From: Vicugna vicugna
Lineage: Eukaryota
Length of the DNA: 64,000 nt
NCBI GenBank assembly: GCA_013265495.1
Contig: MU058059.1
Coordinates: forward strand, 3,139,502 to 3,203,501
Direction: 5' to 3'
A program made the translations under genes and the position numbers. Of this stretch, positions 36,909 through 52,736 are shown piece after piece. Under the pieces are notes generated by a model, which saw only the letters and a program-made list of their open reading frames with translations, did no database searches and had not been told where the DNA came from. Positions within the stretch are counted from its first letter, which is position 1. Every line of letters starts with the position of its first letter.

Positions 36909-39900
36909 TACAGTGTTAGAGATACAAATAGGGTCATCCGATTTGGTTTGGAGGTAGTGTAAGATTTTTCCGGGGGACAGTCATGAACCGACTGGGGATG
37001 GGGTCAGATGAACTTGGGAGACGGTATTCGAGGTGGAAAGGACGAAATAAGAAAAACATTAGGAACAGCAAATAGAGTAAGTTTAAAAAATAGAAAACCC
37101 ATAGTTTTATCAAACTAGGAATGACCGTAATGTTGACATTTTAATGTCTGCAGTTAAAAGACCTTACAGAATTTTTTTTTGGTAAAAATCAGGTGGTATT
37201 GTTCACACTGCTGTTTTGTAGCCTGTTTTTTTTTCCCCATTGTACATTTTGAGCAGCTTTCCTTAGTAAACGTTTCTACACTGTCATTTTAAATGATGCA
37301 TAGCATTCCATTGTGAGGAATATTCTATAACTTCTATAACCAGGCCCTTCTAACCTTTTACAAACAGTGGGAAATCAGAATGATTTAGCAAAAATAAAGA
37401 AAAATGTGAGTAGAGGTCTCCCTAATGAAGTTCCTTTCCTAAAAGAGAAATCTTCAAGGAAATTATTTACATTTTCAAAGAAATTGCTTATTTTGTCATA
37501 ATTTCTGCTTTATTAAGCTAGCTGCCAATTTCTTCAGCCACAGGGTTTTCAGCTCATCATTGCTTAAAAAAACCCAGAACTTAGTGCTGTGCCTGGAAGT
37601 GCCTAGAAGACACTAGTTGTGTGACTTAGAACCATATTTCTTAATCTCCTTAAACCTCATTTTTCTTTTCTGTAAAGTGCAGTGATACCTTATTGAGTGT
37701 CAAAGAATTGCCTAAAAATTATGAAATACAGAGCAATAGATACCCAGAAGAGGTTTACTTCCCTCAGTGGTTGCCATGACTTTCTGTAAGGTTGACCCCG
37801 CTTTACAACCCATCACTGCCTCACTCCCTAGCCACTGTAATTAAATACAGTGTTTCAGGGGGTTGAGAGTGGTATTTTCAAGGATTGTGTTTTCAGTTTT
37901 AGAATTTTCTTTTCTTTTTATTTATAGTTTTTATTTCTACCTTTTCATTCATTGAAGCTATTTTTCTTTATGTCTTTAAAGCCTGGTTGTAGTAGCTTTG
38001 AAATTATTGTCTGGTAGTCTCCATTGATTGTCTTTTTTCTTGAAAATGGGTTGTTTTCCTTTTTAATTTTTTTTGGGGGGCTATATCGAGTAATTTTGGA
38101 TTATATCCTAGATGTTGTGAATGATGTCAGTGACGCTCTAGATTTTGTTAATTCCTCCAGAGTGTTAACGTGGTTGCAGGCAGTTAACTTAATTGAACTC
38201 ACACTGCAGTCCAGCTTCCTTATGGGCAGCAGCTCAAGTATTGGTTCAGTTCATTTACTAGGCTGCTTGGAGTGTGCATACATGTTTTGGGGTCAGCCAC
38301 GGAATTGGGCATTTCTCCCAATTTGGCCAAAATTTACTTGTTAATTCTTTCATAATGTTAGAAAAATCTCTTATATTTCTTTAATCCTAATTGATATTTT
38401 TAATTAAATTATTGATGGAAATTTATTTGGAGAATATTTGTAAAACCTTCATATGTATATTTGGAAGTATAACAAAACTTAATTTTAGTGGTTAAGGCAT
38501 GTCCTCAAGTCAGGAAAACCTATGTTTGATTTTTCATATATTTAGCTGTGTGATCTAAGGAAAGTTTTTTCCTTCCTTTGAGCCGCAGTTTCCTGTAAAA
38601 CTAGGTAATAATACCTATGTGGGGGTTGTTGTGAGGAGTAAATGAGTTACAATATTTGTTAAGTTTGTAGTGCAGTATTTGACAGAGAGGTAATAGCATT
38701 TTTATTTATTATCATTATCCTTGAAATAGATTGCACAGTTACTATTAACTCATCACCTACTTTATTAAACTGAATGCATTGAAAATCTTATTTCCCAAGG
38801 ATTTTTGAAGTTGTAAAAATACCTACTCCCGAGTGTGCCATGGGCAGAGACTGGGAGGAGCCTTTGGTTTCCTCTGCATGCCTTTACTCTAGACAGTAGG
38901 AACAAGTGGCCTTTGCTTGAGCTGGCAGTGGAGGAGGCTAAGGTAATAAGCTAGTAGGTGTTGGTGAACAGTGAGAAGAAAGTACAGAGGGAGCCGACAT
39001 CACTTTTTCTTCACTAGGAGATGTTTCACGTGTGAGTTGTGACCCCCTGTGCAGGTGCATACATTTATTGTGGATTTAATCTAAATGTTTGGGGTAGTAT
39101 CAAAGGTATATTTCTTGTCTGAGTTGGTTGCTAATAAAAAGTGTTTTTCAATAGCTTGCCCTTAGTTCTTTCTTACTAATTAGATTACTGATTCTGTCAG
39201 TTTTGTTTTACAGCTTCCTTGTCTTCTATTAAGGTGCCCTGGCTGGATGTGGCCTTTTATAGTGCACATGTCTGATAGAACTGAAAAGTGAATGGAGTTA
39301 GATACTTCTAATGTTTGAGCAACTCAAGAAACTTAAAAAAGAAAAAGAAAAAGGAGTAGAGCCCGTGAAAGGTCCTATTCTTGGGGAGTGGGTAATAGAA
39401 TGTAAAATTGTAATTTCTGTCATTTTTGAGCTATTAGTATTGTAAATGATGATAAAAGAGAACGGCTGGTAGAAAACAGAGGACTTAGATTCAAAAGGCT
39501 TGGGCTCAGAATGCATCTCTGTTGCAAATTGTGTAATGTAGTGCAAATTACTGTTTCTGAGCCTAAGTTTCTTTAAAAGCAAAGTGGAAATACATAATAG
39601 TAACTAACTGTAGATTTTTGAGGAGTCAGTGAAAAAAATGTGTTAAGTACTTAACACAAAGCCAAAGCCACTCAAGGTTACCTGAATCCAAAGAAAGCAG
39701 TGGCACTATTTGCCTGCTGTAAGTCTTCTCCCTTCCTTCTGAAACATTCTGAAAAAGGAGTAAGCTAGAATTGCATCCCACTATTAATTCTTCACTATCA
39801 GATTATATTCTTGTTTGTGAAAAAAAGTTACTTGAATTTTCTTTTGGAGTTCACTGAACTCAATTGGAATTCACTGAACTGTAGACATTTTCAGAGTCTA

Positions 39901-40106
39901 ATGAGAAATGACTTTAGTCTAATGAAAAGCCTAGATATAGTCTAAGGGGGAAAACTCAGCTTACCCTTCAAATCAGTCACGCCTAGCTAAGCTGTTCTTT
40001 TCCAGTTCTAAGACCGATTGGTTCTGGAATGCCTTTTTATTCCAAAGTGAAACTGAATTCAAATGGCCCATGAACTAGGGTAAAGACTACTTACATTCAG
40101 ACTTTT

Positions 40107-40329
40107 CTTTTTAAATTGAAGTATAGTTGATTTACAATATTTTATTAGTTTCAGGAGTACAACAGGGTGATTCAGTATTTTTTATAGACTATACTCCATT
40201 TAAAGTTATAAAATATTGGCTGTGTTCCCTGTGCTGTACAATACATGCTTGTAGCTTATTTATTTTGTAAATAGTCGTTTGTATCTCTTAATCCCCTACC
40301 CCTGTCCTGCCCCTCCCCTTCCCTCTATA
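40107..40329 (-). mobile_element. L1 3' fragment in NDUFV2 intron 1
   Basis: aattgaagtatagttgatttac end; TSD attcaRactttt at 40095-40106 and 40330-40341. Confidence 0.8.
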
Positions 40330-42880
40330 ATTCAAACTTTTAATGTCTTATTTATTCCTTTGCTGAAAATGCCTGATGTTGAAAGTACAATGAGTGTGGT
40401 AAAATAGGTGACGTTCTTAAAGATATCAAAAAGCAGGGCAGCTTTGAAAATGACCACATGCTAACTTGCTGTGAATAACAGTGTATGCCAGTTGAAAAAA
40501 AAAAGAGGGCTAATATTTATCAGTTTACCTTCACTATTTTGCTTACTTTTGTTTTATGAACAAATTGAGCCCTTTTTCTACTATTTTGAAGAGGTTGATT
40601 GACTTTAGACATTGAAATTAAGTTGCTGAAATGCTGTGCTAATGTATATATATTTAGGTTTTCTGTAGGAACTGTTTTGTTCCATTTTGTTTTTTAGAAC
40701 AGTTTAAAAGAAAACACCAGTAAATAGCTTGTTTTAAATAGGGGACATACATGCACCCTCTCTCTAAGTAAGAACTCTCTGTGCGGCAGGCTTTTTCGTT
40801 TCTAGCCTGTCTCCCTGTCTGGTTTTCTTCATTAAACTCTGGTTTCTTCTCAGAGCTGCTTCTAGAGCTCTGATATCATCAAATAGTTTAATTCAAGTGG
40901 CTAATAATGTCATGACTTTTGTAGTCATTAGCTGTAAGAGCTAATGAGAGTTCTCCCACATTAGGCATGTGACCTTGAGAGGTTTGTTTTTTTTTAATCT
41001 ATTTTCTGGAAATAATACCCACTTTGCATGCAAGTTGTATAAACTAAACAACATGTAAAAAGCTTAGTGCCTGTCACATAGTACTTGTAATAATAATAGC
41101 TGATGGTAGGTAATAGTGATGTAGTTCTTGCTACATTCCAAGCAGCACACTAAACACTACATGAATTATCTCTTCTAATCCTTACAACAACCCTTTGTGG
41201 TATCTGGGGTTGTCTTCCAATTTTGCAAATGAGGAAGTAGCTCTAGAGCTGGGCTTTTAACCACTTTGCTGTGTTGTGTCTCTGCACATGGGGTATTTAT
41301 GGAATATTAGATATCAGTGATACATTCCAATTTCTGAGATGTTAGAATGTGAAAAGTGTGGTTTTTAGGAATGATGAAATCGATATTCTTATTTGGTGTT
41401 GGTCCTTTTTCGTATCACACCCACCATCAGAAGGACGATGTTTCTAAGATTAGTTGGTTGTATTAGACAGCATGGTTTGGATTGGGGAAGGGTCAGCTGG
41501 AGAACGGTAAGTGTCCCGCCGTGAGAGAGTGGGTAAATGGCCAGTAAAGTGAACAGAGAATACTAGGGTTCGGAAGTTTGAAGGATTGAGTACTTCCCTA
41601 TAGTTGAATTAATACTTCCTTACTTTATTATGAAATCCTTTGTTTTCTGTCAGAATTTAGTTAAGTAACTCACTAATGTTACTCAGTAAAAATTGTTCTC
41701 TGATTTAAAAAATGTATCTTCTCAGCTAAAGCGGTGGCAGGGACTGACTTGTAACTTTTAGTTTCAGTTAATTTTTTAAAATTTTATGCTGATACTGTTC
41801 TTATAGTGTTATTTGGGAATTATGGCTTTAATTTTTTGGTTATCCCAGTCCATGCTCTGGACGGGCAAATTAGGGATACAGTCATGACCTTGTATTTAGT
41901 CACAGGTTGACTCTGAGGCAATTTAGGAGACATTGAATAAAAGTATAAGAACATAAACTATGTCCTTTGTAAGTGTTGCACTTATTTTAAGGAAAATTTA
42001 TAATATATCTCAGACACAAAAAAGCAAAAAGAATATAATAAACACTGTATCCATAACTTGCTGCCTGAGAAAGAAAGCAAAACCAGCGCAGTTGGAGCCC
42101 CTGATGCACCGCAGCTGGTCAGATTCCCCCTCCCCCTTATCCTGGCACTTCTGTCTGTCACTCCCGTGTTTTACACCTGTGTTTCCCATTCTGTGCCTGG
42201 GTCTTTTCTTCTTGATGAAAGCAAGTGTTCTGTATAAACCTATTTCCTCAACTGAAATGCTATTTGGATCTAGGGAAAAGTTACATCTATGACTGTGTTG
42301 TGTTACCGCTTTTATGTCCTTCTCTGTTACGTTTGCTTGTGAACGGTCTAGCTTTCTGCCAGTTCCGTGCTTGGTTTAATCCAGTGTTTTCCTGTCAGTA
42401 GTTGGTAGAACTCAGAGCGTTTCTGAACAATAGTTCAGTTGCTTTTCAGGAAGGGTAGTAGAGAAGGTAGGAATGGGGGAGCAGCTACAGGGCAAAGAGA
42501 AATGAATGCGATTGGAGAGAGTAATCAAATGGATTCCTTCCCAGACAACTGAGTTTGGTCAGTCTGCATAGCATCATAAGCAGCTTTCTGAAAGTACTTT
42601 TACGGCTGGAGTTTCTAAACTAATTTAGTAAAGAATTATAAAGGGAGATACAGTTGATTCATTTGCACATAGTATATGACTCATTTGTATAGAATGAAAA
42701 CATGTTTATGAAGATCCACATTAAACGAGAGCTGGCAACCAGCTTGTTTCAGACAGAAGTGAAAGGCAGTAAGTTTATGGTACATTAGCTCTGCAATTGC
42801 CTGCCAAAAGCATGTAGTAGAAAGGATACCCTTCTTCCATTGACTCTTGTGTGTGACTTTAAACTTTCTTAAAATTTTAG

Positions 42881-42946
42881 GGAAGACATACAAGAAATTT
42901 GCATAAGACTGCTGTGCAAAATGGAGCTGGAGGAGCCTTATTTGTG
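42881..42946 (+). CDS. NDUFV2: NDUFV2 exon 2 (GRHTRNLHKTAVQNGAGGALFV)
   Basis: ttttag| acceptor, |gtaagt donor, 66 nt, phase 0-0. Confidence 0.97.
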
Positions 42947-44330
42947 GTAAGTAATTTGATTTCTTCAGAATGGAAAGACTTGGAAGTTTGGGTAAATACA
43001 ACATATCTTAAACACCAGTGTCTTTGGTATTTGCTGGCCATTGTAATCTAAATATAGCTAATTGAATTCACTGCATTTCAGAAGATTTTAGCTGAACATC
43101 TCAAGTTTAAATTGGGACCAGGGCATCTTTGGGATTGAGAATTTAGGTTATTCCTTGGTGAAATAACTGAGCCCTGACCTGATTTCTGGTCACACTCTGG
43201 GTTCTTACAAACCATTCACATTGTCTTACTGAAGATGCTGAGGCTAGAACTTGGGGAAATCCCCAAATGGCACTAGTTTGAAACTAATGGATTTTAGTAA
43301 TACAGTGAATACATTGGCAGTTGGCCTTTGTGGTTTTGGTTTCCAGGGTTTAACTGCAGGTAGAGGTCAACGAATTTCCCAGCTTGGTTGCATAATTCAG
43401 AAAAGCTAAGATAACGTATCCCTTCTCTGCGACAAGGTACATTTCTCAGGATTTAATCTAGTGTTTAAAGGCAATTTAGTGGACTTGTACAATGATTCAG
43501 TTCGTGATACAGTTTTGGAAAATGAAATTCCTAGGCTGAATCTTAATAAATGAATTAGCCATACTATTAATAAGTAGATTTCTGCTTTGTATTTTATCAT
43601 CTTCATCTAAAAACATGAAATTTGCCACCTATTTGAGATCATTGCCCAAAGTTTCCGTTTTCTTTCCTCTTTTATGTCCTTGAAAAAGCAGAACTCTGAG
43701 ACTTAACATATTAAGGGGTTCAGTTCTGTGTTTACCATACATACAAAACATTGATTGATGTAGGTGTTAATCTCAGTGTGACTCATTTGATTTCCTGTTG
43801 ACGTGCCATTTCTTGTCAGTATTTGAAGAGGGCATGCTCTTTTTGGAGAAGAAATGAAGCTAGCTGTTGGCTAGTTTCTTTTGTGCAGGGAAGAGATGGT
43901 GCTTTTTTATCTTTCGTAAGGTAGTAGTTTCTTTGACAATCTGATGCACTCTCCTTAGGAAATGCACATATTTTCACACTCAAAATTTCATGTCTTAGTT
44001 TCATAAGGCTTCCAATAATTGGTAATTTTTGTAATTAAATTATATTGGAAGATCCTATTCTCTAATCAAGTTGGATAATGCTTTTTTGGTTTTTTGATCC
44101 TAAAATTACTTCTTATAACCTATGAAGGGTGATTTCAAAAACTTTTCTAAATTTTTTAGTTCTGCTAACATTTTGGTAATCATGCTGATCAAATGTGTAT
44201 TTATTTAATAATGAGTTTAGCTATTCGTTTTGATGGAGGGGTAGGTTGATACAGATCATGTTGGATTAAAGTGAAGAGGTTAAACAACTGGTAGTAGTAC
44301 AGTAAAGTACAAAGTTTTCCACACTTTTGA

Positions 44331-44441
<111 letters not shown>

Positions 44442-44461
44442 TGACTAAATTAACATTATAA

Positions 44462-44701
<240 letters not shown>

Positions 44702-47700
44702 TAGAAGTTCCTCTGACAGTCCTTAATGTCATAATCTAGGAGTGTGAAGCCCTTGAATCATTTATATGTTTCAGGCCTCAATTACATTTATGTTTTGTTG
44801 GTTCCCGTAATAATGCAGAGAAGAGGAGGGTAGAGCTTTTATCCTTGCAGGAAATAGTAAAGGCATTACAGTGGACGAGGTTTTCTTTTTTTTCAGTCTT
44901 TGAGAGAAATGGCCATAATAGTAAGATAAAATATTCCAAATATGTATAATTTGCTGTAAATATACTCTGAAAATGAATGTACTGTTTAAACTAAAATTAG
45001 AGAGAAGGATCTGCTCACAGCTAACGTGAGTCTTTTAAATATTTTGGCTACAGTCTTTAACAAAAAATCTATATAACACATGATATCTACAACACTTGAT
45101 TATGGCACCTTGCAGTCAACAACCTACAGAAATCTCATGGGTGATGCATTTAAATAAAGTTAGTATATTCATGCATATTTTAGGATTCATTTTTTTAATA
45201 GTGTTTTTCAGCAGTGATCCAAATTTCAAGTTTATTCATATCCTATTACTATAACTACGGTTGTGTATGATGTTACATGTTATAGTGTATTATTTACAAA
45301 GTAGTGTACAGAACCGTTTGTTACTTGATTCTTAGGAGAATCACACAAGTAATAAGCCAGTGTGATATAATGGGAAGTATATTTGATTTTGAAGTAAGAG
45401 AGCTGGTTTTTCTCTGGACTGACTCCTTGTCTGCTGTGAAGATCTTGAACTAGAAGAGCTCTTGCAGTTACTGTGTTGTAATTTCTAAGTGACAGAGCTG
45501 GGACTAAATCATTCCAATTCTATGCATTTTTTACTTGACTGTTGCAGAGAGTCTGCTATAATCCTTGCTCCTTTTCATTTTCTAAATTTTATTTAGTCTG
45601 TTATGTTAGACCATTATTATCTTTCTTGGAGTATGGGAGTGTCCTCAGTTTATCTGATGGAATCCCAGATGCAGATTTGAGGTACAGCTTGTTGACCTCT
45701 TAACTTGCTTTGTATAGGACTCTAACACCGTTGTGGACCCATAGTGTTTTTTTGATTATGGAAAATGGTATAAAGCAAGTGTAGTTACTACAATACTAAG
45801 TAAACATAGGTGCTTTCTTTGTTTTCAATTAATCACATATATGTTTGGGAGTTTTCTAAATTATTTACATTGTTTTTATAATAGCCAACTTTCTAAATAA
45901 TGATTTAGATTATGTTTCTAATCATAGATACTGTTTTTGCAAAAGTTTATGTTTTTAATAATGGCAAGCTTGTTGAAAGTCTTGCTGAGTGGAAAGCTTA
46001 GTAGAGCAAAATAAAATAAATGAAGAAACTAACGTGAGAACATTTCAAAAATACTGTCCTGTTCTGTCTAGAATTGGGGGTGTGTGTGAGAGGCAGGAAA
46101 TAGCTTATAGAGAATAGAACCAAGATTCTTTTCACTTTACATTTGAAACTTCTAATGTTACTGTTCTTTGCTCCGACCTCTTTCACCCCTTAAAGAAAAG
46201 CCCAGCCTTAACAACAAAAGCAAAATCCAGAAGCTCATGCATCATTTCTTTAACCATCACTAAGGCGTAGGGAGGTATGCAGCAGCATCCTGGGGGAGCT
46301 TTTTCAAGTTAGACGTCTGGTTCTTACAGTTATTCCAGTGGTAGGGCCCCAGCGTGTGTATTTTGAGAGAGCTCCCCAGATTCCGAAGTATAAGCCTGGT
46401 TTATATCACCAAATTAAATTCAGCACATTTACTTTATCTTTCACAAATGAGCCATGGTTAGATGTCTTTTGAGAATACATTTCCTTTAGAATCCTTGATA
46501 TGAGAAGGTTTAATATATTTCTCATTGGAAATGCCACTCAGTGAGTTATTTTTTTATGTCAAAACCTGAATATGTGTATAATTTTTAAGAATGCCAAATA
46601 ACAAATCTTAAAACCTGATAGGTTAATGATATTAATCACCTAGAAGATGGTAGCCCGGATTATAGTCATGATGGACAGTGTGTGGACCAGTCTGAGCAAA
46701 CAGCTAAAAAACCTCGCTTTCCTTAACAGACTTGCCCTGACCAAGAAAATTGTACTCAGATAGAATTTTCCTTGGTCCTGAATTTCAATATGTCAAAACA
46801 AATATTTTCTGTAAATAACTTGACATGAAGGGTTGGGAAGTACTAGTCTAAGATCCATTTTTTGTAAAGAGCATTTTGATAGGAAATAGAAGTAAGTCTT
46901 TTGGATTGTTCTGGAGAGCTGTGTGTGTGTGGTGGGGGTGTGGGTGTGTAAGCACGTAGATGTGTAAACCAGTACAGGCTCATAGGTGAGCTTTGATTCT
47001 CAACCCCTGTTGTGTTGCCGTATTATCTGTGTGCACTGTACGTCACCAGTAACATCAGGGACTTTTTGAAAAAAATTGATAAAAGGTTAAAAAGGTATAG
47101 TTGTTTAATATTGCCATCTTTTGCCATTTAGAAATTTTAAATTACAAAATGTGAGTTAAAATGATCAAAGTAGAAATTCTTAATAGTGAAAGACAAATGT
47201 TTACTAGAGAAAAAGAAGATCCTTTTGCAGAAACAACGAGTAGGGTAGAAAGAAGAGAAGAAAGTGCTATAACTATGAGCTTCTAGGCTGTGTGAGATTT
47301 AGGTGTAAAAGTTAAAGGATGATACATTTTATGTTACATGTATCTATTATAATTAGTACTTCATTTAGTGATGTGTGCTTATTTCTCTAGTAAGGAAATC
47401 TCCAATTCCCTTAATTCAGAACAGTTTCATTTCACTTTCACTCCTGCAGTAGAATTCGTCTTCCACTCCGGAGCCTGTGAGGATTGTGCAGATAAGAACA
47501 CAATTGTAGATCAGGTTCAAGCATATCAAATTGTTTATCACATTGCAAATGGAGAAAGGGATTAAAGTGGGAAAACTTTTCCTATAGGAGATGGAATTGG
47601 GAGATGCTGCTTAGTGGCAAGGAGGAATCTGGGCAAGAGACAGATTAGGAAATATGGGAGTGTCCATATGAAATATATCACCTTTAAAAAACAAAATCTG

Positions 47701-47903
47701 GAAAAGAAACAAAAACAAAACAAAAAGCATTGAAGGATTTATACCTTGCAAATATCAAATACAGGTACAGTTTCTGCTTTTGAAGAACTTTTCTAGTTTT
47801 TACCAAATTGAAGCAGTGTTGAAATTAGGCTTTTTACAATATACATAAAGCTCAATTAATAAACATCGTAATCATTTTATTTTAAAATTTCCTAATATTT
47901 TAG

Positions 47904-48101
<198 letters not shown>

Positions 48102-49345
48102 TAGAAGTGACTTTCTAGATTTGACTTATTTCTGCGTACATTTTCCAAGTTTTACCATCATTCTGGATCTGTGTTTCACAGGTAAATTTTTGCCTTACTG
48201 TGTTTACCCACCATTATTTCTTCTTATTTTTAGTTTTTCTTTGGTTCTTAGGCTTCTAAGCTGAGTTTTCACCTTTTCTAATCATTGAGTATGTCTGAGA
48301 AGCTTCTAGAAGTTTTAAAGCTTTGATTGTTTATACAATTAAGTTTCACTCATTGAATGGTAGCATGTGACACATAAAGAAGTGACTGTATTGTCCTTGT
48401 CTTCTTCCAAACAAGACTTAGGACAAATAAGATTTAAGAATAGAAGGAATGCTTGAGGAAGGAAATGTGGAATAAGGTGTTATTATGGTAGCATTTACAA
48501 AATTAAAAGGGCGTTTTTCTATATGAAACTGCCTTTGCTGCATTTATCACTCTACAGTATCAAATGAAGTAAAAGGAAGTGTCTTAATTTTGTTGTCTCT
48601 GAATATAAAGTACTTGCATGTTGTAAAAATAGTTGGGCAGTACAGAAATACATAAAACAGAAAGCTGAAGTCTGCTCAAAGTCCCATCCCCCAAATCTGT
48701 ATTGTTCTTCCTGAAACACAGCACGGATTAACATTAAACTTAAATAAAACAAACAAATTAAAAATACCCCCTAAAAGGTACAAATTCTGGTAATAGTTGA
48801 GTATATTAGTTTTAGGTTTGTATTTAGTATTGCCTCAGTTTTTCTGTTGTTAAGTTATTCTGCAGTTACTTTCACGTATACCTATCTTTGCACACGGGTC
48901 CAATTGTATACTAAGGTTGTTTACAAGAAGTAGAATTGCTGGGTCAGACTTTACTGTCTTTTGTCAAAATACTTTTCCTAAAGATATGGGAGTATGCATT
49001 TCCCTCACGTTGTTAATGACCTTTGATATTAGCAGTTTTCAAAGTCTTTGCCAATCTGATAGTATGACTGATTTCAGTAGGTTGCTTTTCACAATCAGAA
49101 TGAAGATAATCGTCTCACGCGCTGCTGTGTATCAGTAAACGGCAGTGAGTCCCCTGAAATTTGATTGTTTTTAAGGAAACCACTTAAGAAATCTTTGAAT
49201 TTCCTATGATAATTATACAGAGTTTTGTTTAATTTAAGAAATTTAATGGCTTAAATACATTTTATGTATCTCTGTAGTATGTTGGGGATTTTTTTTTCTT
49301 CTTAAACTGTATTGCTATGAAAATACAACCTGGGCCTTACAGTGA

Positions 49346-49504
<159 letters not shown>

Positions 49505-52500
49505 TGATGTCATATTTAAAATATTTTAACTATTTGGTTTCCTGTCCTTTGGATGTTGGTTTCTGAATTATTTAGAAGAAACTGTTGGCATAAATATCTA
49601 GAAGGTTTTTTTCTGGTTTCCAAAGTTTATTAAAAATCATAATAGAAAACCCTTACATAAAAATATGTCAGTTTTAGCTTCCACACTGTTATCTACCAGC
49701 AGGTTTTTACAAAATCATTATCTTTAAGTATTTTTGCACTTTTCTCCAGGGCATAATGACATATTTTTAAACCTTTTAAATAATGAAAAATTTAATAATT
49801 TACATATAAGTACAAAAAGTAACCACTAAGACTTAATATGTAATAACATTTTGTCACACTTATTTCAGGTATTATTTTTATCATTATTATTATATGTAAA
49901 AATAAGGTATAGATGTGGGTATACCATCTCTACATCCATCTAAAATCCCATTCCTTTCCTTTCCTTCCCAGAGATAACCACTATCATAAGTTTAGTGTGT
50001 ATACTTCCTATGTTTTTTAAACTTTTACAATCTATGTATCCAGGCATACTAATACAAAATACTATATTGCCTGTTTCAAAAATTTTGTAAAGATGATATC
50101 ATACCTCTAAGAATTGATTTAGCTGGATCTCACAAGTTTTGATATGTCACATTTTTGTCATTTAGTTCTAAATATTTTTAAATTTCTGTTTTGATTTCTT
50201 CTATGACCTATGTTTTTTAAAAGTGTTCTTAATATCTAAGTGTGTGGAGTTTCCTAGTTGTCTTTTTAAATTGCTTGCTACCCTAATATCATGGTTTTGA
50301 TTCATAATATCTTGTTAGCTCACAGTTCTTGGAAATCTGTTTTTGGAAAGTCTTTTAGGCCTGCACTGAAGGTGGATCCTTCAAGAAGGGATTGACTTTG
50401 CTTCTCTCTTGCTCCTGGAAATATTACTAGCCCCCAGAAAAGCTCCTTTACCTACACCCTCCTCTCTTCCCTCAGTGTGTAAGGTTCTGGAATAGCAGGG
50501 GTTTTTTTTGAGAGACAGTCTTAATTTCTAGTTTACCATTATATTGATGGTATAGCTTTTTGGGGTCTTAACTTCACGTGGTTTGGATGATCTCCTGTGG
50601 CCTGGGCCTTGTCCCTTGCCCCTCTAGGCTGTGAAACCTTGAAGCCAAATTTGTTTTGGTGGTTCCACTTGTCTCCCTGAGTTTTCTTTGAGTTTTTGGC
50701 CTCTGGGTATTTTATTCTTGTCAATGTCTTGATGGTGATAAAATTTTTAAGTTTTTGTTTTTTATCTTACCATTTTTAGTCGCTACAGCAGGACATTTTA
50801 GTCAGGATAGCTAGCCTGCCATAATGCCTGAAATGGAAATCTACAACTTTTTTTAAATGAAGATGAAATTTTATTTCTTTGGCCTTTTAGATTTCTAGGA
50901 TTTTTCATTAACTATAGTGATCTTCTTCATTTTAATGATCAGTGATTGAAATTTCTTACCTTCTCTCTTTCTCATGCTTTTAAAAAAGGTCCTTTAAAAA
51001 TATGGCAACAATCTTCTCTTTTCCCACTTTTCTGCATTTTACTCATAATCATGAGGCTCTTGATTTAAGCAGAAATTAGAGAGTCAGGGCTTTGTAGTCA
51101 GCATTGTAAGTTTAAGTATAGTAGCCTATGGATTTATGCAAGAGATTCTTTTAGTTAGCAGTGGTATGGTCTCTGGCAAGGCAGTTAACTTTTGCGAATC
51201 TCAGTTGACCAGTGAATAAAATGAAATAGTCGCATAAATGTTGACTGGATCCTGATTAGGAAAAAATATCAAACACATTTTGAGGATGGTTGAGTAGATT
51301 TGAATATGGACTTGACATGTGATCTTACGAAGGAAGTATTATTGTGTAGTTAATTGGGTGTGGTAATGGCGTTGTGTTATTTAAGAAAATGTTCTTGTTC
51401 TTCGGAGATGCCTGCTGCAGTATTGGGGTGAAGTGTCATAATGTCTGCAACTTGCTTGTAAATGATACGGCAAAAAAAAAAAACCCAACCCAAAAGACAT
51501 CTGTATACATAATTGAAATATGGCAAAGAATATGGTTATTCATGCATAGTTTTCAAATTTTCGTAATAAAAGAGTTGGGGGTTAAAATCATTAGATGAGT
51601 TTGAAGATTCCAGTTTTGAGATTCGGAATGTCTGTTGAACCCTAAGCAATTTGAAGCAGCTTATTTTTATAAATGTTTAATTATTAAACAAACATTAAAG
51701 CCTGTGTGGCTAGGGGCTGGAGATACCATATTGAGTCACGATTCCTCTAGCATGGTACCAGGGTCCTAGAAACATTTTCTTAAGGACTTAACTGTTTTGG
51801 AGGGGGAGAGGGGATATAATGTAATTTAGGCATTGTTTTCTCTTACTTTAATCTTGCCCTATTCTGTTTTGTCTATCTTTTGATTAAACCTAGGGTGCAG
51901 CTCGGTGCACAAATGTGTTTTAATTGTATTATTTTAAATAACAGAACACTTGCTTGAGGTAAGAATTTTACATAGGTGAGCAGTTTACCAAATACAGAGC
52001 TGCCCTGGTTGAAATGGGGATTGTAGGGTCAAGATCACTAAAAGAAATGTGTCAAAAATGATTTTGTTTTCCTTTTCCACTTGAAAATTAAGTGAAGTTT
52101 GAAACAGGGTGACTTTCACCTGGGAAAGAAAGAGGATATCACTGGGGTATTAGATGTTTAGCCTAGGGATAGATAATTCGGCATCTGCGTTTAAGTTCTG
52201 TGACTGCTGGTGCTAATTACTGTTTGACCCTCACTGTTTCTTCAAGGACATAGGATTTGTTGAGCATGTGCATGGCACTGTTCTTTTTTATGTATTTTCT
52301 CTTTTAATCCTCCAAACACTCTGAAGTAGGTTTACCAATGAAGAAACAAACTTGGGGAAGCTGAGTAACTTCTAGGATTACTAGTTAGTAAGTGTTGGAA
52401 CTTGAACTCAAATGCAGCGCTCTTTCCCTTCAGAGCACTGCTTTGTATTGCCTCTTCAGCTGCAGCTCCTACGGCACACTGCAGTTAGCAGTATATACCA

Positions 52501-52640
52501 TATATGGGAGTGACTCAGTTGCTGCTTCCTTGGTAACTAACTTGTGAGCTGAGACAGACAATAAACTGATACCAGGGATTTACACTGATTTCAATAGTAG
52601 GATGTAATTTTAATGTGACTATTGTACTTTTCTCTGGTAG

Positions 52641-52736
<96 letters not shown>

